A stretch of DNA of 58,607 nt from Patescibacteria group bacterium (GTDB taxonomy: Bacteria > Patescibacteriota > Patescibacteriia > Patescibacteriales > UBA12465): NCBI GenBank assembly GCA_050943055.1, contig JBMNOL010000005.1, positions 1 through 58,607 of the forward strand. Reading direction: 5' to 3'. Shown in pieces: positions 21,793-31,025 of this stretch. The position numbers and the translations under genes are program-made. The notes below the pieces were generated by a model, which was given only the letters and a program-made list of their open reading frames with translations, did no database searches and was not told where the DNA came from. Positions within the stretch are counted from its first letter, which is position 1; each line of letters begins with the position of its first letter.

Positions 21793-24489
21793 ATGAGAGG
21801 AAAAAATAATCTTTTTTTAAAAAAATTTGGACCAATAGCTTTAATGTTGGTTACTTTTTTATTAGGAGCAACCGGTGTTTTGGCGGTTACTAATGTTGAA
21901 TCGGGGATTAGTCAGGTTGATCAGAATATCGCTTTAAGTGCTACCTCGCCAATTGTTATTGTTTTGCGAGTAATTCAGGTTGCTTTAGGTCTTTTAGGAG
22001 TCATTGCCGTTTCTTTAATAATTTATGCCGGGTTCTTATGGATGACTTCCGCTGGCAGCGAAGACAAGATTACTCAAGCTAAGAAAATTTTAAAACAAAC
22101 CGTTATCGGCTTATTAATTATTCTTTCTTCTTGGGGAATTACTTATTTTGTTTTAGAGAAACTGCTGGGGGCGACTGGCGGTAGCCCTGGCTCAGAGTCA
22201 AGCCAGGGGCGCAATACTAGTGGTTTTAGTTTGAGTGCTCTAGGGTCTTGTTCACTAGAAACTGTTTTCCCGGAGCCCGATAGCAAAAATAATGTCCGCA
22301 ATACGGCGATTTTAATTACGGCCAAAGAGCCGATAAATTTAGAGACTGTTTGTTATAACAATAATGATGAGGCCTGCGCTTGTGATAATACGCCGAGCTG
22401 CAATAAGCTTAATTTTCGCAATATTCAAATCTTTAATACCGCCGCCGGCAACGCCTGCGTCAGTAATGATTGTGTGGGCAATGTCAATCAGGTGGAGGTG
22501 TCTGTTCCTCAAGATGGAAAAACTTTAGTTTTACGTCCGCTTAGTCCTTTAGGAAGTGCTGATGGTTATACGGAGTATAGTGTTCGTTTAAACTCGGCTC
22601 TTGAGAAAAAATTAATTAAAGATTCTTTATTTGCTTCTTGCACTAGTGATTATTTTGAGTGGACTTTTGAAGTTAGTGATAAATTAGATTTAACCCCACC
22701 GCAAGTTAAATCGGGCGGCATTTTCCCGCCGGCTGATTCGGCTGCGGATTTATTTACGGTGACCACTGAGGCGAAGATGGCTCAGGCAAAGATAACGGTT
22801 AGTTCTTGTCCTCGCCCTTATCAGATTGCTACCGGAAGTATTAGCCCCCGTGGAGCAGCGGTGGCCGCTACCTTAGCCGTTGATCCGGGCTATTCGGGGG
22901 TGATTACTGATTTTATTGCTCAAATAAAAGAAGGGCAGATGCAGCTTTTTAGTGGTAATGCCGCTTTAGGGACCAGCCCGATAGTGGATAATAAGGCGAC
23001 TTTTGCCGGCTATTTTGTTGTTTCTTTGGAATCAATAGTTGAAGGCAATTCCTGGTCGATCAGAGTTTATCCGGTTCGGGCGGCCGACTCTATCACGGTT
23101 GCCAATAAAACTTATATTTTTGTTGATAATAAATCCGGCGCGGGGAATGAAATTGTTTTGCCGGAAATCTGTGCCCCGGTGGCAACAGCGGAAAAAATAG
23201 CGCTCGCTTTGAGCGGTAATGAGAATGTTAATGTTTCGAGTTTAGGCAATGAAATCACTCTATTTTCTAAGGAGCCGGGAGCGGCGGGGAATAATTTACT
23301 CTTAGCTACTAATAGCGATGCTTTAAGATTAAGCCCTTTTAGCGGCGGCGTTGATAAAAATGAACTCTATACTATTAGAGGACTAAAGGATCAGCCCATG
23401 AATACTGTTATTCGGGTGGACTTTAATGAGCCGGTAAATCCCATGATCCTCTCTGGGCAAGCTGACGAGGTAGCGCCTTTTGTTCGTCTGGTAAATAGCG
23501 ATCCCCAAGCCCGACCAGCTGGCCACAATTGTGGTGACCCGAAAGATTGCTTATCTTATAATTGCCAAGCCTCTCTTTGTGTCAGTGATTATATTAGCGG
23601 CGATTTTTCTTTAACTAATAATTATCAAACTTTAGAATTTGTTTCCGACCGAGAATGTGGCGTTAATAGTTGTGGTGAAAAAATTTATTGTTTGCCGGCT
23701 AATAGTCACTTAGCTCTGCAGATTGAGGCGGCTAATTTAAAAAAATGTCAGGCTAGTTCTGATTGTCAAATCTTCGCACCTTATTCCGAGTGTCAAGCGT
23801 CGGAAAATGTTTGTCGCAACAATACGACCGCCACTAACTATCCGCAGGCTGATCCCTTGAATTTAGATGGCGTGGTTGATTTAGCTTTTAATTCCTTCGA
23901 TGGTAATCGCGATGGTCGTGCTGATGGTCGTCCACAAGGGGTTTATAATTATTTTGTTGAAGGGGAAAGCGATTTTTCTAAACGTGATGGTTATGAATTT
24001 TCCTTCTTTATTAATGGGGAAATTAATTTAGTTCCGCCAAAAATATCCTTAGCCTCACCCCGTTTAGCGGAGTCCGGTGTTTTAGCGACCCGTCCCGTGG
24101 TGATTGATTTTAATGATTTGATGATGGCCAAAACTTTAGCTACCGGTGCTGTGATTTTAGATAATGGTTTGGCGGCGACGGAGCATAAACTGATTAATTT
24201 AAGAAGTTCGGTAAACCAACCTTTAGGTTATTGGCTTAAAAACGAAAACAAAGAGATCGGTAATCCTGATGGTCAGCCTGATTATACCTCTTTGAGAATT
24301 GAGCATACCGATTTTTTTGAATCAGTTACCTACATTACACAAATTGGCTCGGGCGTAAAAAATATTTATCAAAATTGTTTTAAGCCCAGTATGGGGCCAG
24401 CTTGCTTGAGTTTAAGTGAAGATAATCCTTCTTGTTGCTTCGGTAGTGAAACTAATATTTTAGATGCCGCGGGCAACTGTGTCCGTTAA
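21793..24489 (+). CDS. Giant predicted surface protein A (898 aa) with a pilin-like multi-TM N-terminal anchor and an Ig-like, Cys-rich ectodomain
   Basis: The N-terminal hydrophobic hairpin plus the QAKKILKQTVIGLLIILSSWGITYF helix is shared with protein B. Ig-like segments are present (VFPEPDS...ITAKEPIN, RVDFNEPVNP). The C-terminal part is Cys-rich. Confidence 0.8.
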   Translation: MRGKNNLFLKKFGPIALMLVTFLLGATGVLAVTNVESGISQVDQNIALSATSPIVIVLRVIQVALGLLGVIAVSLIIYAGFLWMTSAGSEDKITQAKKILKQTVIGLLIILSSWGITYFVLEKLLGATGGSPGSESSQGRNTSGFSLSALGSCSLETVFPEPDSKNNVRNTAILITAKEPINLETVCYNNNDEACACDNTPSCNKLNFRNIQIFNTAAGNACVSNDCVGNVNQVEVSVPQDGKTLVLRPLSPLGSADGYTEYSVRLNSALEKKLIKDSLFASCTSDYFEWTFEVSDKLDLTPPQVKSGGIFPPADSAADLFTVTTEAKMAQAKITVSSCPRPYQIATGSISPRGAAVAATLAVDPGYSGVITDFIAQIKEGQMQLFSGNAALGTSPIVDNKATFAGYFVVSLESIVEGNSWSIRVYPVRAADSITVANKTYIFVDNKSGAGNEIVLPEICAPVATAEKIALALSGNENVNVSSLGNEITLFSKEPGAAGNNLLLATNSDALRLSPFSGGVDKNELYTIRGLKDQPMNTVIRVDFNEPVNPMILSGQADEVAPFVRLVNSDPQARPAGHNCGDPKDCLSYNCQASLCVSDYISGDFSLTNNYQTLEFVSDRECGVNSCGEKIYCLPANSHLALQIEAANLKKCQASSDCQIFAPYSECQASENVCRNNTTATNYPQADPLNLDGVVDLAFNSFDGNRDGRADGRPQGVYNYFVEGESDFSKRDGYEFSFFINGEINLVPPKISLASPRLAESGVLATRPVVIDFNDLMMAKTLATGAVILDNGLAATEHKLINLRSSVNQPLGYWLKNENKEIGNPDGQPDYTSLRIEHTDFFESVTYITQIGSGVKNIYQNCFKPSMGPACLSLSEDNPSCCFGSETNILDAAGNCVR

Positions 24490-24499
24490 TTATCTTTTT

Positions 24500-27400
24500 A
24501 TGCGTCATTTCGGAAAAAAAATTCTGATCCTAATTACCCTAATTATTTTAGCTGGTGGCTTAGCGGCCACAGCTTCGGCCACCGTTAATGTTGGTTTAGA
24601 AGAAGTGGGTAACACGATTGCTTTAAGCAATCAGGGGCCAATTGAAACCGCCACGAGAGTAATTAATATTTTTCTTGGTCTTTTAGGAATTATTGCTCTG
24701 GCTTTAATTCTCTGGGGTGGTTTTATCTGGATGACCGCTGGTGGTAGTCAAGAAAAAATTGCTCAGGCTAAGAAAATTTTAAAAAACTCAGCGATTGGCT
24801 TATTGATAATTTTATCTTCTTGGGGGATTGCTTATTTTATTCTCAGTCGACTAACGGGTGATGTCTTTGATAGTGGTTCTGGCTCCGATGGCTGTTCTAA
24901 TGGTAGCGTTGTTTCTTGTGGTTGTGGTGGCGAGCAGGTTTGTAATAATGGTGTTTGGGGGCCTTGTTTAGGTTCTTTTTGTGATCCTGGCAGTAGCAGT
25001 AATCCAGTTTCCTGTGATGGGAAGACAGAAGTAAGCGGTTGCCAAGCTGATAGTAATCTCTGTGGTCCCGATTATTTATGTAATAATTCCACTTGCGAAT
25101 GTGAACCCCGTTCAGCTTTAGGAGAGGCTTGTAACAACGATAAGAGTGGTAGCGGCCGCTGTGAAGCTAATGATAGTTTATGCGGCCCCTATTTAAAGTG
25201 TAATAATGAGTCCTGCCTTTGCGAAGGCCCCCCGGTAATTACGGCTATTAGTCCAGTCGGTGGTTTTTGTAGTAACGATCAAAATCGTGGCTGTAATTAT
25301 GATTCTGATTGTCTCTCCGGTGGAGAATGTGACCAGGTTTCACCTAATGGCGCGGCCAATAACTTTTTAACTCTTTACGGTTATAACTTTGGTTCTCTTG
25401 TTGATATTTCGCAAACGACTTTAACCCGGATTGATTTTGAGTCCGGTAGTGTGGGAGGGGTGCCAGCTTCTTGGGCAGTGAGGACACAGCAAAAATCTCA
25501 GGTAGGGATAAGTCAGGAGGCTGCTCGCTCGGGCTCTCAGAGTCTTAAAATCGGGCAAGCCGCCAATCTACCTTATCCTGGAGTTTGTAATCGACAGATT
25601 TGTACAGATTTAAATAGTTGTACTTGGAATGAGTTTAATCGAACTTGTACTTTTAATCAGCCTGATGAAAAAAATAGCCAAGCGCCGGCAGTTTATCGGG
25701 AAGGCGAGTCTTTAGTTTGGGGTAATACCAATAGAGTCATGTGGGCCGAAGTTACTTACGACCTTGCTCCTCTAGACTTGCGCCTTGGCGATACCTACAC
25801 TATTCAATTTTATTATCAAGGGCAAAATGATTCGGCTATTAACCTAGTTATTACGCCTGCTCCAGGTTGGAATAGTCAATGCCTTGGTTATGATGTTCCC
25901 GGCACTTTGAAATCCGGTTATATTTGGGATGGCGGGAAAGTTGTCCCGCCGGTAAGTGATGGGGAAGATCCTTGTCACTCAGATTACGGTCAGACTTGTG
26001 CCAATCAGCCTAATAATTGTTGCTTTAATGCGCCGGCGCAAAAAAAATGCTATCAACCTTTAAATTTGCCAGCCATTCCTTCCGGAAAAACTGCTGATTG
26101 GACTCTTTATTCTTATACTTTTCAATATACTCCCGAGATGGCGTCATGGGTAAATAGTGGTGGCAATAAACTACTTAAATTAGCTTTCAGTATTGGCTAT
26201 AATCGTACCAGTGCAGCCGGAACAAATTTTTATATTGATGATTTTCATGTACTTAAAAATTTGACTAACGGACGGGTCTCTTTTTTAGGGGGTGACCCTA
26301 GTCAAGCTCAGGCGGCTAACTTCCCTAATTCTTTAAATCCTAACTGCGTTAGCTATTGGACGGACCGACAAATAACTGTCGCTGTTCCCTCTGGAGCAGT
26401 GTCGGGCCCAATAATGATCGAGCGTGAAGGCTTAGGGGAAAATAATTCTGATACGACTAATGATAATATTGGACCAAAAATACCGGACTTTGTTCGCAAT
26501 AATGTTTATCGTCCGGGTCTTTGTCAAATTAGCCCCGAAGAGGGGCAATTAGGTGATCGCGTTTCTTATCAAGGAATTAATTTAAGAGATGCTGTTGCTT
26601 ATTTTGGTAAGTATAGTAATGCTTATCAGGGAATTAATTCTTCTTTTACCGCCGATAATTTATCCGGACAAACTCTCGCCCCAAATATTAGTTCTGGTCA
26701 GACCACGACTTTTGTGGAGCGGACTTTAGCCGGTATTAATCAAAAAAGTAATGCCTTAAAGTTTGTTAAAAATAAGGATCCGGAAGCGGGGCCGTATATT
26801 TCTGGTTTTTCGCCGGTCTCTGGTCCGGCGGGCCAATACCTAACGATTACTGGTGGCGGTTTTGGTAATCTTCGTGGTAGCCGTCAGGTTTTCATTGGTA
26901 ATCAAGAGGCGTCTTACGATTTTCCGGAAGTTTGTACAAGCGCCGTCTGGAGTGATAATCAGATAACTGTGAAAATCCCTGAAGGTTTAAGTCCTGGCCA
27001 TCATCAAATTAGAATTAATTTAGGAGATACGGTGATCAACTCGGATCTGCTGGCGCCTAATAATACTTTTCGTTTTGATTCGAGCGAGTCTTTAAAAACT
27101 AGTCTTTGTAAAATTGATCCCGAACGCGGACAAGTTGGCGATACGGTTTCTTTGTGGGGGGAATATTTTGGATTGGCGGGAAGCCAGGCGACAGTGGTCT
27201 TTAATCGCGGCATTAATACTTCGGCGACGGTTCAGAAAGAAAATCGGGCTGATAAAATTGTTACGACGGTGCCGATTAGCGCCAATGGCTCACCGGCAAT
27301 TACCGGGCCCGTTCGTGTTTTAAAAAATAGTGAGTGGGGAAATGAACTTAATTTTGTTGTTGGTCAATGTGCGGCCAATGATGAATGTGGTGCGGCGGCT

Positions 27401-30400
27401 CCTATTTGTTGTCCGACTGGAACTTATAAATCTGGTTCTTGTGAAAAAGATTTATTATCTTGTTACTTCCAAGTTCCCAATTCCGTTTACGAAACCCGTT
27501 TTGATACTGCTTCTTCGGGAACTGATACAGACGGTGATTATGCAGATTGTCAGGGCTTAGCTTCGGCTTTTGGCACTTGTCAGACCGGACAGTTCTGTCC
27601 GAATTCTCCAGGAAAGTGCTCTCCTTTTGATGGCTCAATTCCTAAAATTGGAAAAATTTGTGGCGCCGATTTAAAGCCTTGCGGAGCACTTAGTTATTGT
27701 CAGAGCAATGATTGTTTATATAACCAAGCTACAGATACTTGTCGCGCCAATACTTGTTTGTTAGAACAAAGCTTTACTTATTATCTAGGTGATAAAGAGT
27801 ATAGCGGTCTTACTTCTTGTCGTTCCTATACTGGGCCTGATGGACTAACCTCTCTAGTCAAACATTTAAAGGTAGAAACTTCTTGCCCCGATGGCTGGCA
27901 AGCTGTTGGTGGCGGTTATTGTGTTGGCAATGCGCCGACACCCTGCAATACTTGTGAAACAGGATTTAAGTGTGTAGCTGATAATTACCAAAGTGGAGAT
28001 ATTGGTGTTTGTGAATCGGCTAAAATTTGTAGTGGTCCGGGGGCTTACTGCGGCTTTAATATTCAGCAGCCTGGACAGTTGGCTTGTTTGAGTCCAGCCC
28101 AATCTTCTTGTGATTGTTGTTGCGAGATTGGCCAAGATGCGCGGGATTGTTGCGTGCCCTTAAAATGCGGTGGGACTTGTGGTAGCGACCAGAGTGCCGA
28201 TGGTGTTGGTTTTGGTTTCTGTACCGGCTGCACCGCCGCTGGTGACACAGCGGCTGAACGCGATGCTGCTTGTAATTGTTTGTCAACGAGCGGTAAATTT
28301 TGTGATATTAGTAAACCGGAAGGCGCTTGTGTTGATTGTGGCGCCCTAGATGAAGCTGGCTGTTTAGAGCACAGCACTCAGTGCTGTTTTGACCAGGCAA
28401 AACAAACTTGTCAGGGCGGTGATGGGACGAAATTAGCCGATGGGCGCTGTGCTTATTATGACTGTGATGCTAGCGACAAAACTGTTTGCAATGAGAATCC
28501 CGCGCCGACCGGAAGATTTAAAAAATTAGATACTTGCCAGAGTACTTGCCCCGAAGATCCGAAAACGGTTTGTGATTTAGCGACTACCGAGGCCGATTGT
28601 TCGCGATATGATGCTTGTTGCTTTGATGCTAAAAATAATAAATGTACGAATGGTACGGATAAAATTATCGCCGCGGAAGGGATTAATTATTGTGCTTACT
28701 ATAATTGTGAAGACGAAGTTAAAGAAATTGTTGATCCGGAGACCGGCGAGTCCTCTTTTGAAACTAAAAAAGTTTGCGATGATAGCACCGCGACTATTAA
28801 TGGTGAATATTTAGGTTTACCCGAGTGTCGTGCCCAGTGTACTAAAGGGCCTAATCAGCCCGGTAATTCTTGTCGCTCTGATTTATTAACAGCTTGTGAT
28901 ACTAGTGTTTGTCAGTCGCCCTATGAATGTCTAGGGACGGAAGAGTGTGGTTTCTGCTGCTGTACGCCTGGAGATAAACTAAATGAGAATCTTGTTTGCG
29001 TGGCCGATAAAGGTAATTGTACCGGCGGTGATCGTGGCTTATTTTGCGGGTGCACCAAGGATGAGCAGTGTGGCGGTGATGTTGGTTGCGGTAATGATAC
29101 TTGTTGCCATGCTCGTCCGCAAGTGATTAATGTTTTACCAAAAAATGATCAGACTAATGTTTGTCGCAATGCGCAAATTAAAATAGAGTTTAATGAGATG
29201 ATGCAGATTGGCACTTTAGCTAATAATATTCTATTGGTTGAAGAAAAAGATTACGATGATGGTGCTTGTCCGTCAGGAACACTGATTGCTGATGGCGGTC
29301 CTGATGAGCGATCATTTTTTGTCAAATTATTTGAGCGGGTGAAAAATTGGTTTAATCCGTCGCCATCGGCTTTGGCGGCTCTACCGGCTTCGGGGAAATT
29401 ATATTGCGCTAAACCGGTAGAATTAGTTTATAATTCTTCTTTCTATAATAATCAGCCGGCTACGACTGTCTTCTTGCGCCCCAAGGAATTGTTAGCGGCT
29501 AATGCACGTTACTTTGTCTTGGTTAAAGGCGATGAAAGTGCCGACAGTAATAGTGGTGTCTTAAATATTTATGGAGTCGGGATGAAGACCGGTCGAGCGG
29601 CGACTTTTAATATTCGCGACTTCAATAATGTTTACGTAACGAGTTTCGACACCTTAGATGATAAGTCTCAACAAAACGGTTTGTGTGAAATTGATTCCGT
29701 AAAATTAGATCCGACCAATGTTTTATTAAATAATCCCGATAATGATACTACCGATGATAATCCTAGTGATGCTAAATTTAATACCGTAAATGATAATGAC
29801 CGAGCTTTTTATGCCAATGCTTATAGTAAAGACGGTCAGATAATTCAACCGGTCATCGGTTATTATTGGAACTGGCGCTGGTCCTTAGATAATCAGTCGG
29901 TGGTGGAAATGGTGCCTTTAAGTGGTCTTTTAGCTGATCGCCAGGTAGTACGCAGTTTAGCGGGAGTTACTGATAATAGTACCAAGATTAAAGCGCTGAT
30001 TGATATGGATGGTGCAATTGACAATATTTCTTTTGTCGGTAACGGTTTTGAAGCGAAGGCTGATATTCAGGTTTTCCTTTGTGCTAATCCTTGGCCTCCG
30101 ATTAGAAATGGTTTGTGGCAGCCGTGGTACGATAGTTGTCGTGATCGCGATGGTCAGGCTATCGCTGGTTGTCTAAATTATAATTATAAATTTTATTATT
30201 GCCGTGATGCCGGCGAGCCGGGAACGGCTGATGATCTACCGCTAGTGATTGACCCCGCTCTTATTTTAGGGAGTTCCGGTAGTTTAGTTTGCAGCACTGA
30301 TAACAGTTCCTGCTCTTCGGCTGGAGCTGCCTGTGGCAATGGTGGAACTTGTATCTGGAGCGTCTTAAAAGAATCTTATTTCTTCCGCGAAACAATTCCT

Positions 30401-31009
30401 TTGGCGGGAGAAATTTGGGAAATTAAAAGTACCGGTCAGGGCGGAGAATTACGTTTAAGTTGGAGTAGTCCTTTGAGTTTGGATGTCCCAATTGTTGCTT
30501 TTAAGCTATACTATGGATTAGCAGGTAGTAATAAACAGTCATTTATAAAAACCATTCCTTTAGGAGCGGCCTCTTGCTCAGTCGTAGAACAAAAACAATA
30601 TTGTTCTCATGTGGTTAGCGGTTTGATAAATGAGGAGAAGTATATTTTTAGAATGACGGCGCTCACCGAGAACCAAGCGGAAAGCCCACTTTCTGGAGCG
30701 CGCGAAGCTTTTCCTACTGATACCACCCCACCAGCCATTCCGCAGGGGTTAAAGGCAGAATTAAATGAAAATCAATTAACCTTATCTTGGCTAGCCAATC
30801 GTGATGACACTCAGTATTATCGACTCTTTCATGGTATTTTCCCCGGAAAACGGGCGGCCGAATCTTTTGATTCCCAAAACAAAGCCACCAGAATTACTTT
30901 AGAAACAAATAATTTTCAGTCAGGTGAACATTACTTTTATTTAGTCGCGGTTGATGCCTCCGGCAATATCAGTCTTAGCTCTTCAGAAATTAAAGTTCTT
31001 ATTCCTTAG
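24500..31009 (+). CDS. Giant predicted surface protein B (2,169 aa) with a pilin-like N-terminal anchor, EGF-like Cys modules, a jelly-roll/CBM-like domain, several IPT/TIG-like domains, a Cys-dense core and two C-terminal FN3-like domains
   Basis: The anchor helix is QAKKILKNSAIGLLIILSSWGIAYF. IPT-like segments include ISGFSPVSGPAGQYLTITGGGFG and CKIDPERGQVGDTVSLWGEYFG. FN3-like segments include GELRLSWSSP... and PQGLKAELNENQLTLSW. I chose the ATG at 24500 (MRHFGKK) over the track start at 24464, which overlaps gene A. Confidence 0.85.
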   Translation: MRHFGKKILILITLIILAGGLAATASATVNVGLEEVGNTIALSNQGPIETATRVINIFLGLLGIIALALILWGGFIWMTAGGSQEKIAQAKKILKNSAIGLLIILSSWGIAYFILSRLTGDVFDSGSGSDGCSNGSVVSCGCGGEQVCNNGVWGPCLGSFCDPGSSSNPVSCDGKTEVSGCQADSNLCGPDYLCNNSTCECEPRSALGEACNNDKSGSGRCEANDSLCGPYLKCNNESCLCEGPPVITAISPVGGFCSNDQNRGCNYDSDCLSGGECDQVSPNGAANNFLTLYGYNFGSLVDISQTTLTRIDFESGSVGGVPASWAVRTQQKSQVGISQEAARSGSQSLKIGQAANLPYPGVCNRQICTDLNSCTWNEFNRTCTFNQPDEKNSQAPAVYREGESLVWGNTNRVMWAEVTYDLAPLDLRLGDTYTIQFYYQGQNDSAINLVITPAPGWNSQCLGYDVPGTLKSGYIWDGGKVVPPVSDGEDPCHSDYGQTCANQPNNCCFNAPAQKKCYQPLNLPAIPSGKTADWTLYSYTFQYTPEMASWVNSGGNKLLKLAFSIGYNRTSAAGTNFYIDDFHVLKNLTNGRVSFLGGDPSQAQAANFPNSLNPNCVSYWTDRQITVAVPSGAVSGPIMIEREGLGENNSDTTNDNIGPKIPDFVRNNVYRPGLCQISPEEGQLGDRVSYQGINLRDAVAYFGKYSNAYQGINSSFTADNLSGQTLAPNISSGQTTTFVERTLAGINQKSNALKFVKNKDPEAGPYISGFSPVSGPAGQYLTITGGGFGNLRGSRQVFIGNQEASYDFPEVCTSAVWSDNQITVKIPEGLSPGHHQIRINLGDTVINSDLLAPNNTFRFDSSESLKTSLCKIDPERGQVGDTVSLWGEYFGLAGSQATVVFNRGINTSATVQKENRADKIVTTVPISANGSPAITGPVRVLKNSEWGNELNFVVGQCAANDECGAAAPICCPTGTYKSGSCEKDLLSCYFQVPNSVYETRFDTASSGTDTDGDYADCQGLASAFGTCQTGQFCPNSPGKCSPFDGSIPKIGKICGADLKPCGALSYCQSNDCLYNQATDTCRANTCLLEQSFTYYLGDKEYSGLTSCRSYTGPDGLTSLVKHLKVETSCPDGWQAVGGGYCVGNAPTPCNTCETGFKCVADNYQSGDIGVCESAKICSGPGAYCGFNIQQPGQLACLSPAQSSCDCCCEIGQDARDCCVPLKCGGTCGSDQSADGVGFGFCTGCTAAGDTAAERDAACNCLSTSGKFCDISKPEGACVDCGALDEAGCLEHSTQCCFDQAKQTCQGGDGTKLADGRCAYYDCDASDKTVCNENPAPTGRFKKLDTCQSTCPEDPKTVCDLATTEADCSRYDACCFDAKNNKCTNGTDKIIAAEGINYCAYYNCEDEVKEIVDPETGESSFETKKVCDDSTATINGEYLGLPECRAQCTKGPNQPGNSCRSDLLTACDTSVCQSPYECLGTEECGFCCCTPGDKLNENLVCVADKGNCTGGDRGLFCGCTKDEQCGGDVGCGNDTCCHARPQVINVLPKNDQTNVCRNAQIKIEFNEMMQIGTLANNILLVEEKDYDDGACPSGTLIADGGPDERSFFVKLFERVKNWFNPSPSALAALPASGKLYCAKPVELVYNSSFYNNQPATTVFLRPKELLAANARYFVLVKGDESADSNSGVLNIYGVGMKTGRAATFNIRDFNNVYVTSFDTLDDKSQQNGLCEIDSVKLDPTNVLLNNPDNDTTDDNPSDAKFNTVNDNDRAFYANAYSKDGQIIQPVIGYYWNWRWSLDNQSVVEMVPLSGLLADRQVVRSLAGVTDNSTKIKALIDMDGAIDNISFVGNGFEAKADIQVFLCANPWPPIRNGLWQPWYDSCRDRDGQAIAGCLNYNYKFYYCRDAGEPGTADDLPLVIDPALILGSSGSLVCSTDNSSCSSAGAACGNGGTCIWSVLKESYFFRETIPLAGEIWEIKSTGQGGELRLSWSSPLSLDVPIVAFKLYYGLAGSNKQSFIKTIPLGAASCSVVEQKQYCSHVVSGLINEEKYIFRMTALTENQAESPLSGAREAFPTDTTPPAIPQGLKAELNENQLTLSWLANRDDTQYYRLFHGIFPGKRAAESFDSQNKATRITLETNNFQSGEHYFYLVAVDASGNISLSSSEIKVLIP

Positions 31010-31025
31010 CTTTTTATTATTTTTT

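Noticed and set aside
24464-24499. Upstream alternative starts offered by the ORF track: 24464 for protein B, 14948 for SanA, TTG 46887 for FtsA and TTG 49611 for NrdR.
   Set aside because: They overlap the preceding gene or add non-conserved residues before canonical N-termini (MRHFGKK, MGKNWG, MKEEIIAGLDVGS, MKCPIC). The internal ATG was preferred in each case.
27004-28377. A cluster of seven 68-104-aa overlapping ORFs on both strands inside giant gene B.
   Set aside because: They are a by-product of the biased Cys/Gly/Thr codon usage of the Cys-dense core. The long frame is continuous and domain-rich.
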